Part shown: piece by piece, positions 50,348-59,088 of the stretch | Position numbering within the stretch: position 1 is the first letter of the stretch | Layout: every line of letters starts with the position of its first letter | Assembly (NCBI GenBank): GCA_965205505.1 | Contig: CBDBHB010000009.1 | Coordinates: forward strand, 2,528,001-2,592,000 | Reading direction: 5' to 3' | DNA length: 64,000 nt | DNA from: Acidobacteriota bacterium | GTDB lineage: Bacteria > Acidobacteriota > UBA890 > WLXD01 | Made by a program: the position numbers and the translations under genes | The notes under the pieces: model-generated | What the model saw: only the letters and a program-made list of their open reading frames with translations | Database searches by the model: none | Told to the model about the DNA's origin: nothing

Positions 50348-51337
50348 GTGACTTCCGGCGGTTCGGGTGCCCCGACGACGCAACGATTAGTGTCGGTGGT
50401 GATCCCCGTTTACCGGGGCGCAGGCCTGCTCACCGATCTTGCAAGCGAGTTGAGCGAGGCCTTCGACGAGCTCGACTACAGGTTCGAGATCATCTTCGTC
50501 GAGGACGGAAGCCCGGATGAGTCACTCGAGGAGCTCTGTAGACTACAGGGCACCGATGATCGAATCCGTGTCGTAGAGCTAGCGGGGAACTTCGGCCAGC
50601 ACGCTGCGCTCAGCGCCGGATTCGAACACGCCAGGGGCGATTTCATTGTCAGCATGGATGCGGATCTTCAGTTCGATCCGCGCGACGTGCCGCTGCTGCT
50701 CGAGCCCCTCGAACAGGGCGCTGACTTCGTCAGCGGAATTCGTAGGGGGCGCCGCGATCCGTATATGCGACGCCTGTTCTCGAGGGCCGTGAACTGGATG
50801 GCTCAATTCCCCGCCGGGGTACGCCTCGATGACATCGGCTGTCCATATAACGCGCTGACTCGACAGGTAGCGAACGACGTGTCGGCCTTCGGCGAGATGC
50901 GGCGGTTCCTCAAGCCCACCGTCGCGCGAGTGGCGCGTAAGGTTCGCCAGGTGGAAGTGCAACATCGCCCGAGGCCGAATGCCCGGCGCCGGTCCAGCTA
51001 CACGCCAACCCGCCTGGTACGTGTGTTCATGGACTTTGCCAGCGCCAGCCTTGCCGATGTGTTTTCGTGGATGTTCGTGGTCGGGCTGGCGGCTACGGGT
51101 GTGCTCGCGATTGCCACCGCAGTTGTTGCACTGGTGGCAGTAGCCGGCCGCGCTACGGTGATTCCGGTGGTTCTTCTGCTCGCCGTCACCGTGCTGGCCT
51201 TGGCTACGGCGGTGCTCGGTCTGGCCGGTGACTTCGTACAGAGAACGTATCGCTAGACCAGCGGTCGACCCCTGTACCGGGTGCGGCGAGTACACGAGCC
51301 CATGGCTCCCGTGACGGACGACGGCGAGAGCGGATAG
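50348..51337 (+). pseudogene. ArnC/GtrB-like GT2, in-frame TAG at 51254-51256
   Basis: SVVIPVY, EDGSPD, NFGQHAA, MDADLQ; read-through gives YR*TSGRPLYRV and a stop 2 nt before the next ATG. Confidence 0.82.
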
Positions 51338-51339
51338 CC

Positions 51340-52326
51340 ATGCGAGTTGATGTGCTGGAAGCGGACCGGATATCCGCCTTGGATGACCTGATCGCGCGCT
51401 TCCCATACAACCCCTACAGGCACTACCGCATCCTGTCGGGACGCCGGCGTGCGAACGTGCTGCGCGCCATGATTCAACAGCCGGTCGAGGACGGCACCGG
51501 CACCGTTTACATTGCGGGCTCGATCAACCCCGCCGATCCACGCGCCGCGTGCCTGCTGCGTGAGTTGCCGTGGGAGACGGAGTTCTTCGGGCTCCCAATG
51601 GCGCGCGTGGAATCGGTCGTGCGCAGCGACGCCGAGCCGGAAGCGATGCGGGAACTGCTGCGCGCCGTGGTGGCGCGGGCGCGCGACGAGGGTGTCGCAC
51701 ATTTGGCGGAGCGGGTCGACATCGCTGATTGCCGGACCGTGCACGCGCTCGAGGATCTCGGGTTTCGGCTCATGGACACGCTCGTGACCTATATCTACCG
51801 GCACAAGGAGCAACCGCCGCAGGACGTGCGCAACATGGGAACGCTACGATCCTACGATCCCGCGGATCGTGATCAGCTCCTGGCGATCGCCGCCGAGGCA
51901 TACTCAGGCTTCCGGGGCCGCTATCACAACGACCCGCATATTGCGGATGAACGCGCCACGGCGATGTACGTCGAATGGGCGCGGCTATGTGTCGATGGCG
52001 ACTGGGCGGAGCACGTTCTAGTCACCGAGGACGGCGGCGGGATCTTGCACGGTTTCGCGACTTTCCGTTGCATCGAACCGGTATCGACCGTCGGCGGCGT
52101 TGGCGTGCACGGCGGCGGACTGGGCGGCTGCCGGCGTGATCGCCCGGGCGCGTACATGGGCCTGCTCCAGGGGGCCACGAAGTGGATCTACGGACAGGGA
52201 GCGGTGACAGAGTGTCAGACGCAGAGCGTCAACTTCCCCACCATCCGCCTCTACGAGGCTCTCGGCCAGCGATTCGTTCGCGCCGAGCATACTTTTCACG
52301 CCTGGCTTGGCACCACGGCCTGCTAG
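51340..52326 (+). CDS. Tandem GNAT acetyltransferase (WecD-like)
   Basis: LPWETEFFG, LEDLGF.LMD, RYH.DP, TQ..N...IRLYE.LG, TFH.W. Confidence 0.7.
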   Translation: MRVDVLEADRISALDDLIARFPYNPYRHYRILSGRRRANVLRAMIQQPVEDGTGTVYIAGSINPADPRAACLLRELPWETEFFGLPMARVESVVRSDAEPEAMRELLRAVVARARDEGVAHLAERVDIADCRTVHALEDLGFRLMDTLVTYIYRHKEQPPQDVRNMGTLRSYDPADRDQLLAIAAEAYSGFRGRYHNDPHIADERATAMYVEWARLCVDGDWAEHVLVTEDGGGILHGFATFRCIEPVSTVGGVGVHGGGLGGCRRDRPGAYMGLLQGATKWIYGQGAVTECQTQSVNFPTIRLYEALGQRFVRAEHTFHAWLGTTAC

Positions 52327-52410
52327 GGCATCGCCTGTGTCAGGCCGCCTTGCATCTGGCCCCAACTCGCCGTATCCAGACCCACCACACTTGGCACCAC
52401 GGCCTGCTAG
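52306..52410. mobile_element. Family A partial element: tandem ends broken at the internal CTAG
   Basis: 52323-52410 is the reverse complement of the element's first about 88 bp; a second end at 52306-52326 encodes the GNAT C-terminus. Confidence 0.8.
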
Positions 52411-54314
52411 TGGCTCCACTCGTTGCGTTGCACCACCGGTAACTGCAGAGCGCGCTCGCGGTCGAGGTCCAACGAGCCAACATGGAGTGACAACGGTGCC
52501 TGTACCCATTTGTAGATCGAGCGCGTAAACAGTCGCGCGAAGCGCTGCGCCCAGGCGCCCAGCGTGTCGGCGTCGTGCTCCGGAAAGATAACCGTCAGGG
52601 CGCGCCGGATCTCGCCGGGCGACAGCTTCTCGCCGGCATACAGGTACAGGCAGGCGTCCAGAACGGCGAAGGGCATGAGCTCGGCTTCGGCCTCCTGCTC
52701 GTCGGCGAGCTCCGGCCCGGGCTCGGTCGCAAGCGTTTGACGAATGCCTTCGAATCCGTGGCGCTCGGCCAGACGCTCCAGGAGCGCCACTACTACGGTC
52801 TTGGGCACGTTGGCGATCACCGACAGCCCCCCTTCCAGATCTCCACCGATGGTCGTGTAGCCGACCGCTTTCTCGCTCATGTCGCCGGTCTGAAGGAATA
52901 GCCCGCCCGAGCTGTTGGCCCAGTTCCACATGCGTTGCGCGCGTAGGCGGGCCTGGATATTTTGCTCGGTCAGGTCGGTCGGGTCGGCCCCCGCCAGCAT
53001 CTCGCGTGTTGCGTCGAGCTCGCGCTCGAACGCCTCGTCGATTGCGATTGTTTGCAGGCTGACGCCGAGCTCGTCGCAGATGACCGCCGCAGCGTTGCGA
53101 GTGCCGTCTGTGGAGTAGCGGCTCGGCATGTAGAAGGCTTGAATGAGGCGCCCGGCGGCGGCGCGCAGATCATCGCCAGATTCGTAGCCGGTCAGCATCT
53201 GCACTGCTCGCCAGGCGACCAGCAGCGTCAGCAGGGAATCACGACCGCCGGACAGTGCAATCCCGAAGCGGCTGAAACAGCCAGTCTTGCTGAAGTAGTC
53301 CTTGGTACCCAGGGCGATGGCATCGTACAAATCGTCGAGCACGCGTACGCGGGTGCGCGCGCGGCCGGTCGCCATGGGCGGCAGGAAGAAGCTGCGGCCT
53401 TCGGGGAACGGGTAGGCGAGCCCACTGTTGTCGGCGATCGGCCTGTGGGAAACGAGAACGGGGACCGGCGGGGATTCCTCGAGAAACTCCTCGCAGTCGC
53501 GTCGCCAGGTGGTGTTCTCGGTGCGCAATCGACACGTTCGGTCAAGATCGACAACGCAGCTCGCCACGCCCTCGCGAAAACGAGGCGCCAGCAGCTCGCG
53601 GCGTCCGTTCTGAAAGACACAGCTGCCACCGTCGTAAATGAAGCCGTCCTGGGCGCCTACCGCGTTCGAGTAGGCGAGCGTCACCTGATTGTCGGCCGAG
53701 CGCGTCGCCAGCATCTCTAGGCGCGTTTCCAGGATGCCGACGCGGTAGGGAGAAGCGGAGATATTGATAATCAGCTCGGCACCCGAGTAGCAGCGTCTGC
53801 GCATGGGCCCGTCCGGCGACCAAACATCCTCGCAGACCTCTACTGCCAGGCGTCCGAACTCGAACTCGAACAAGTGATCACCCAAGGGCACTCCGTTTGC
53901 GTCGAGCTGCAGGTAGGCGCTCCCATGCGAGAACGTACGGCCTTCGTAGAAGATGTTGTAGGTCGGCAGCTTTTCCTTCGGCACGAGTCCGAGCACGCGT
54001 CCGCCGTGGATGACTGCCGCCGCGTTGAAGAGCTGGCCACCGACCGCAACCGTGAGCCCGACTACCAGCACAGAACCGAGATCCCGCGTCGCTGACGCAA
54101 CCCTTTCGAGCTGACGGCGTTGCTCGACCACGAAGCCGCGCCACTGGATGAGGTCCTCGGGCGGGTAGCCGCCGATCACCTGCTCGCTGAAACAGCCGAC
54201 CGTCACGTTGTCGTCCGCCATCTGACGAGCGCATGCGATGACCTGGTCGGTGTTGCTAGCAGTCGCGCCTACGATCGTGTTGACGCTGGCAAGGCCGATC
54301 TTGATGAGTCGCAT
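52407..54314 (-). CDS. nadE: Glutamine-dependent NAD+ synthetase
   Basis: Nitrilase domain (E...GY..ED, K..LP.Y..FYE.R, VCED.W), SGGRDS, QNIQARLR, TGDMSE...GY.T..GD. Confidence 0.95.
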   Translation of the reverse strand: MRLIKIGLASVNTIVGATASNTDQVIACARQMADDNVTVGCFSEQVIGGYPPEDLIQWRGFVVEQRRQLERVASATRDLGSVLVVGLTVAVGGQLFNAAAVIHGGRVLGLVPKEKLPTYNIFYEGRTFSHGSAYLQLDANGVPLGDHLFEFEFGRLAVEVCEDVWSPDGPMRRRCYSGAELIINISASPYRVGILETRLEMLATRSADNQVTLAYSNAVGAQDGFIYDGGSCVFQNGRRELLAPRFREGVASCVVDLDRTCRLRTENTTWRRDCEEFLEESPPVPVLVSHRPIADNSGLAYPFPEGRSFFLPPMATGRARTRVRVLDDLYDAIALGTKDYFSKTGCFSRFGIALSGGRDSLLTLLVAWRAVQMLTGYESGDDLRAAAGRLIQAFYMPSRYSTDGTRNAAAVICDELGVSLQTIAIDEAFERELDATREMLAGADPTDLTEQNIQARLRAQRMWNWANSSGGLFLQTGDMSEKAVGYTTIGGDLEGGLSVIANVPKTVVVALLERLAERHGFEGIRQTLATEPGPELADEQEAEAELMPFAVLDACLYLYAGEKLSPGEIRRALTVIFPEHDADTLGAWAQRFARLFTRSIYKWVQAPLSLHVGSLDLDRERALQLPVVQRNEWSH

Positions 54315-54351
54315 TGGATCCTTGCTCGGCTCGCTGGGTGTGTCACAACTG

Positions 54352-54630
54352 CTAGCAGGCCGTGGTGAAAGTGTGGTGGGTCTGGTTACGGCAAGTTGGG
54401 GCCAGATGGAAGGCGGCCTGACACAGGCGATGCCCTAGCCATCGTCGAGGAAGGCCAACGCCGCAAATTGCCCCAACTCGCCGTAACCCTTCGGGCGACA
54501 GGGGGTTGCGCGCGTATGCTGCGTCGTTCCTCGTCAACGATGGGGTAACCATCGCCTCCTCCTCTCTCCTTGCCTCCACTTCGCAAGTCCCTGTCGCCAG
54601 ACCCACCACACTTTCACCACGGCCTGCTAG
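54352..54630. mobile_element. Complete family A miniature inverted-repeat element (279 bp)
   Basis: Perfect 34-bp TIR including CTAG: CTAGCAGGCCGTGGTGAAAGTGTGGTGGGTCTGG / CCAGACCCACCACACTTTCACCACGGCCTGCTAG; no transposase. Confidence 0.9.
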
Positions 54631-55481
54631 TCCTGCAGGACCTTGTCTAGCAGGAGTAGCGCCAGATCCGGATTCCACAGGCGGCCAGCTCCGCTTTCAA
54701 TCGTGCGTCGGGCGATCTCGGGTGAAAGCGCCGGCCGGTAGGCTCGCTCCGACGTCAGGATGTTGTACACATCGCAAATGCCGATGATTTGCGCCCCGAG
54801 CGGAATATCCTCGCCGGCCAGCCCGTCCGGGTAACCACTGCCATCCCAGCGTTCTTGATGCGATCGAACCAGGAGCGCGACGCCGGCCAGGCTTGCGAAA
54901 TCACCGAGGATCTCTGCGCCGAACTCGGGATATTGCTTGACCAGCAACCACTCTTCGGCGGTCAGCTTGCCTTGTTTGTTGAGCACGGATTCCGGCACCC
55001 GTAACTTGCCGATGTCGTGGACCAGCGCGGCGATCTCGACGCACGTCGTTTCCGTGGCGCCTATCTCGTGCTCCTCGGCCATCTTCCGAGCCAGCTCTGC
55101 CACGGTTTCGGAGTGGCGTTCCACGAGGCTGTCGCGCTTCTCCACACTGGCCATGATCTCTTCGAGACGCTCGCGAAGAACCGAACTCTCGAGCGGCTCG
55201 TCGCCGAGCTGGGCGAGTAGGTCGTCGGTGGAGGCGATGTCGGCCGTGGTCGGAGCGTCCCCGCTCTCGGCAGACGAGGCGGTATGGGGCACCGTGCCGC
55301 CAACCGATGCCGGTGCGGCAGGCACCCCACCCGACAACATCAGACGCAGCGCGTCAGCGATAACCTCGCTAGGCTCCTTCGCGGATTGCTCACAAATATC
55401 TTCCACGCGTGCCCATAGGCGACTCGGCACGTAGACAACCTGCTCGACGAAGCCCCCCGGCTTTCTCGTTCGTTTCGACAC
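54627..55481 (-). CDS. HD-GYP domain protein with N-terminal ribbon-helix-helix-like segment
   Basis: HDIGK, LNK.GKLT..EW, HQERWDGSGYPDGL.GE.IP, D.Y..LTS.R.YR; start may be 55508. Confidence 0.85.
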   Translation of the reverse strand: MSKRTRKPGGFVEQVVYVPSRLWARVEDICEQSAKEPSEVIADALRLMLSGGVPAAPASVGGTVPHTASSAESGDAPTTADIASTDDLLAQLGDEPLESSVLRERLEEIMASVEKRDSLVERHSETVAELARKMAEEHEIGATETTCVEIAALVHDIGKLRVPESVLNKQGKLTAEEWLLVKQYPEFGAEILGDFASLAGVALLVRSHQERWDGSGYPDGLAGEDIPLGAQIIGICDVYNILTSERAYRPALSPEIARRTIESGAGRLWNPDLALLLLDKVLQD

Positions 55482-55562
55482 GAGTCCTCCCACGCGCGGG
55501 ATGGTCAAGAACTGCCCGATGCACTGCTGGACATTCGCTGTTGCTTGTCTATGCTGCGCTCC

Positions 55563-55910
55563 ATGATACCTCTACGAGGGCATCGGGCCTGTGCGATATC
55601 GCTCTCGGCCATGCTGCTGGGTGCTGCCATGGCCTGCGCTACCCTCTATCCGCACCTGGCACCGATCGACGATGATCAGATTCGCATCGAGATCTACGAT
55701 GCGCTGGTTGACGACGAGCGCATAGACGCCGAGGCCATCAGCGTCGAGTCGCGCGACGGCGTTGTGATCCTCGCTGGAGTGGTGGCCTCGCTGGACGAAG
55801 TGAGGCGGGCGCTGCGCCACGCAGGTCGCGTGCCGGGAGTGCAGCAGGTAGTCAACCGATTGCGTGTCTTGCCCTCGGAAGCGCAGCCGAGCGCCGACGG
55901 CTTGCTATAG
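55563..55910 (+). CDS. BON domain lipoprotein
   Basis: Lipobox AMAC, DD..I...I, I.VE..DGVV.L.G.V, GV..V.N.L. Confidence 0.85.
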   Translation: MIPLRGHRACAISLSAMLLGAAMACATLYPHLAPIDDDQIRIEIYDALVDDERIDAEAISVESRDGVVILAGVVASLDEVRRALRHAGRVPGVQQVVNRLRVLPSEAQPSADGLL

Positions 55911-56471
55911 CAACTTCAACGCCTGCACAATCAGCAGCGCGGTCATTACCGCTACAGTGCGAAGCTCGCGGTTCCGGCGCGCTTGATGCCACGAGAAGGG
56001 CGAGGGCTTGGCGGCGCTGTCCTGCCAAGGGTCGATGTGACGGACTCCCGGGAGTAGACGAGGCACCTGTTCGGCATATTCCTTGTACTCACCTCCGAAC
56101 AGCGACTGCAGGCGCAACTCCTCGACGTGCATCGTCGGTAGGTAGAACCCCAGGTATAGCACCGCGAAGCCGCTCAACCAGATCGTTGTACGTGCGGCTA
56201 GCAGCGCCAGCCCCAGCCCGATCGCCAGGCTACCCAGGTACAGTGGATTGCGCACGTACCGGTACGGTCCGCCGCGTGTGAGCTCGACGTTGCGGACCAG
56301 ATGGCCACAGGCCCACACTCTGATCGCTTCACCAACGACGACCACAGCGGCTCCGATCACGAAGCGCTCGCCCGACGTGCGGCTGAGAGCAACGTACAAC
56401 AGCGCGAACAGAATGCCGGCGTGTACGCGGTGGTACGACGCCCATGCCCGCCAGCGTTCGATGAGACGCAT
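55905..56471 (-). CDS. Isoprenylcysteine carboxyl methyltransferase/PEMT family membrane methyltransferase
   Basis: GE.IR.WA.G, L...GPY.YVRNPLYLG, EE..L...FG..Y..Y...VPR. Confidence 0.85.
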   Translation of the reverse strand: MRLIERWRAWASYHRVHAGILFALLYVALSRTSGERFVIGAAVVVVGEAIRVWACGHLVRNVELTRGGPYRYVRNPLYLGSLAIGLGLALLAARTTIWLSGFAVLYLGFYLPTMHVEELRLQSLFGGEYKEYAEQVPRLLPGVRHIDPWQDSAAKPSPFSWHQARRNRELRTVAVMTALLIVQALKLL

Positions 56472-56474
56472 GCC

Positions 56475-57518
56475 TTACCGTTCCAGTTCCAGTCGCGAGA
56501 GGCCTGCGACGATGATCTGCCGGGCGGAGATCGCATCGAGGCAGGCGTTGGTACCCAGCGGGCAGCGCCGTTGGTGGCAGTGCGAGCATTCCAGGCGCTC
56601 GCAGACCACCTCGTCGGCAGGTGCCAGGGGACCGAGGCGGGCCGGATCGGTGGGCCCGAACACCGCCACGGACGGTGCCCCACAGGCTACCGCGAGATGT
56701 AACGGGGCGCTGTCTCCGCCGATGAACAGCGCAGCGCGTTGGAGTAGCGCGCTGAGCTGCGGCAATGTGGTCGGTACCGATACGTGGTTGCCGACGCCTG
56801 CCGCCTTCGCGAGGGACTGTGCTGCCGCTTTCTCGCCGGGGCCCCAGATCCAAATCACGGGCCGCCTCGTACGCTTGTGCAGCTCGCGTGCGGCGCTCAC
56901 TAGGCGCTCCGGCTCGTAACGCTTGCTCGGCCAGTTCGCGGCTGGATGCAGCACGATCGGGTCTTCGACGCCGAGCCCAGCGAGATAGGAGTCGATGTAG
57001 TGCTCGTCGTCGGAGTTAGTGAGCCGCGGCCATTCGACCTGAGGTTGCGCAATGCCGGCTTGCTGTGCGAGGTACAGGTAGCGGTGCACGACGTGAACGT
57101 CGTTCGGGGCGACCGCCGTGCGGTGGTACAGGTACGCCGTCAAGGGCTCTCGCGCCGAGGCGCCAGCCCATCCCAGAGTGCGGGATGCGCCTAATCGGGC
57201 CACCACAGCCGATTTGAACAACCCTTGGAAGTCGATCGCTAGCTCATAGCGCTGTTCGCGCAACGCGCCGACATGCTTGCGAATGGCGCCCACAATCGGT
57301 GGCCGAATCCACCGCCGTCGCCACGTTTGGATATCGAGCTCGTGCACCTGCAGTGGCCCGGGCAGTCGGCGCACCAGCTCAGCGGAGGCTCGCTCCACAG
57401 CCCAGCCGAACTGTGTCGATGGCCAGGCTTTGCGCAGGGCAGCGTACGCTGGAAACGTGTGCACGACGTCGCCGATCGAGCTCAGTCGCACGATCAGCAC
57501 GCTCTTGGGTGCGCTCAA
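56475..57518 (-). CDS. waaC: LPS heptosyltransferase I (GT9)
   Basis: IVRLSSIGDVVH..P, DFQGLFKS, RE, GGDS.PLHLA.A, FGPT.P. Confidence 0.82.
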   Translation of the reverse strand: MSAPKSVLIVRLSSIGDVVHTFPAYAALRKAWPSTQFGWAVERASAELVRRLPGPLQVHELDIQTWRRRWIRPPIVGAIRKHVGALREQRYELAIDFQGLFKSAVVARLGASRTLGWAGASAREPLTAYLYHRTAVAPNDVHVVHRYLYLAQQAGIAQPQVEWPRLTNSDDEHYIDSYLAGLGVEDPIVLHPAANWPSKRYEPERLVSAARELHKRTRRPVIWIWGPGEKAAAQSLAKAAGVGNHVSVPTTLPQLSALLQRAALFIGGDSAPLHLAVACGAPSVAVFGPTDPARLGPLAPADEVVCERLECSHCHQRRCPLGTNACLDAISARQIIVAGLSRLELER

Positions 57519-57997
57519 GGGTCGGTTGCGTGCAGGCGATCGATCAGCTCGCCGGTGCTGTGACGCTTGGCATCGCCGACGATCGCGACGCGACCGCCGA
57601 CAGACTCGACCGTCGCCGCTTCAGGGACGCCATGCTTGTAGTCCGTCCCCTTGCAGTGCACGTCTGGGCGCAACGCGCGGATCAGGCGGTCGGCGGTCGA
57701 GTCGCCGAACACCGTCACCATGTCGACGCATCGCAAGACGGCCACCATTTCCGCCCGTGCCTCGGCCGGCAGGAGTGGGCGACCGGGGCCCTTGAGTGTC
57801 GTGACCGTCGCGTCGTCGTTGATTGCGACTATCAGCACGTCGGCCTCGGCGGCCGCGGCAGCGAGGTAGCGTACGTGTCCCACGTGCAGCAGGTCGAAGC
57901 AGCCGTTAGCGAGGGCGATGCAGGCCCCTTGCCGGCGCTGCTGCCGCACCCACTCCAAGGCTGCCGATGCTGTAAGTATCGGCGCGGGGCCCTTCAA
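57515..57997 (-). CDS. rfaE2: D-glycero-beta-D-manno-heptose 1-phosphate adenylyltransferase (RfaE domain II)
   Basis: NGCFDLLHVGH.RYL, LKG.GRP, KGTDY, ST..LI. Confidence 0.9.
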   Translation of the reverse strand: MKGPAPILTASAALEWVRQQRRQGACIALANGCFDLLHVGHVRYLAAAAAEADVLIVAINDDATVTTLKGPGRPLLPAEARAEMVAVLRCVDMVTVFGDSTADRLIRALRPDVHCKGTDYKHGVPEAATVESVGGRVAIVGDAKRHSTGELIDRLHATDP

Positions 57998-59010
57998 GAG
58001 TCGCCATCGAGCGCGGCGGCGAGCTCGCTATGCGGGATCGTGGCGGTGCCGTGCTTGAGCACTACCAGGCCTGCGGCTACGGTGGCCAGCCACGCGGCTG
58101 TAACGACGTCGGCGCCGGCCGCCAGCGCCAGCGTCAGCGTGGCAATCACTGTGTCGCCGGCGCCGGTAACATCGGCGATCTGATCGGTGCCGTGGATCGG
58201 CAGGTGCGCCGGTGGGTGATGCTTCTGGAAGATCGCCATGCCTTGCGAGCCGCGTGTGATCAGCACGTGTTCGCAATCCAATCGGTCCAGCAGCTCGGAT
58301 CCGGCGCGCTCGATCGCCTCGCGATCGTGATTGAGATGGATGTGCAAGGCGCTCTCCACCTCCGACTCATTGGGCGTAACGGTGGTTGCGCCAGGGAAGT
58401 CGAGTAGGCGATGCCGCGAGTCCACGGTGACCGGTATGTTCGCTACGGCGGCGGCCGCCCGTAACTCTGCGTAGGCGGCCGGCGAGACCGTCCCTAGCCC
58501 GTAGTCAGAAACCAGCAGTGCGTCAGCGTTCGTGAGTTTGGCGGTGAGGTGCTTGATGGCATCGACATCGGCGCGCGGTTGCCAGACGTGCTCGTCGTCG
58601 ATACGCAGGATCTGCTGGCGCACTGTGTGGGACCCGCCCGCCATGACCCTTGTCTTCACCGGTGTCGACCCGTCGTCGCGTCGATCTACACCGCTGATAT
58701 CGATACCAGCGTTGGCAAGGGCGTTCGAAAGCTGCCGTCCGGCGGCGTCGTCGCCCACATGACCGAAGACCGTCACCTCGGCGCCAAGCGCTGCGACGTT
58801 CAAGGCAGCGTTGCCGGCGGCGCCCGGCCGTATGTCCTCGCCCTCGTAGCGCAGCACTAGAGCCGGCGCCTCACGTGATACACGTGTAGTCGAGCCTAGC
58901 AGGAAGCGGTCGGCAACCAGATCGCCCCACACGACCACGCGCCGGTCGCGAAATGCCTCGATCCAAGGGCGCAGATCGGCGAGGGGTCTCGAATGGGGCT
59001 GGGTGACCAT
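57994..59010 (-). CDS. rfaE1: D-glycero-beta-D-manno-heptose-7-phosphate kinase (RfaE domain I)
   Basis: GD...DRF, RVSREAP, GAAGNAA.N, KTR, SDYG.G, TPN..E, DVTGAGDTV. Confidence 0.9.
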   Translation of the reverse strand: MVTQPHSRPLADLRPWIEAFRDRRVVVWGDLVADRFLLGSTTRVSREAPALVLRYEGEDIRPGAAGNAALNVAALGAEVTVFGHVGDDAAGRQLSNALANAGIDISGVDRRDDGSTPVKTRVMAGGSHTVRQQILRIDDEHVWQPRADVDAIKHLTAKLTNADALLVSDYGLGTVSPAAYAELRAAAAVANIPVTVDSRHRLLDFPGATTVTPNESEVESALHIHLNHDREAIERAGSELLDRLDCEHVLITRGSQGMAIFQKHHPPAHLPIHGTDQIADVTGAGDTVIATLTLALAAGADVVTAAWLATVAAGLVVLKHGTATIPHSELAAALDGDS

Positions 59011-59088
59011 CGGTTGAACCGAAGCGATGCCGCCACAGGCGGCGAGCGGGTAGGCGCTCGCTAACTTAACCGTGGCTGCGTCAGAGCG

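Noticed and set aside
55905-55910. Back-to-back stop codons CTATAG of BON and the methyltransferase
   Set aside because: Ordinary short convergent overlap.
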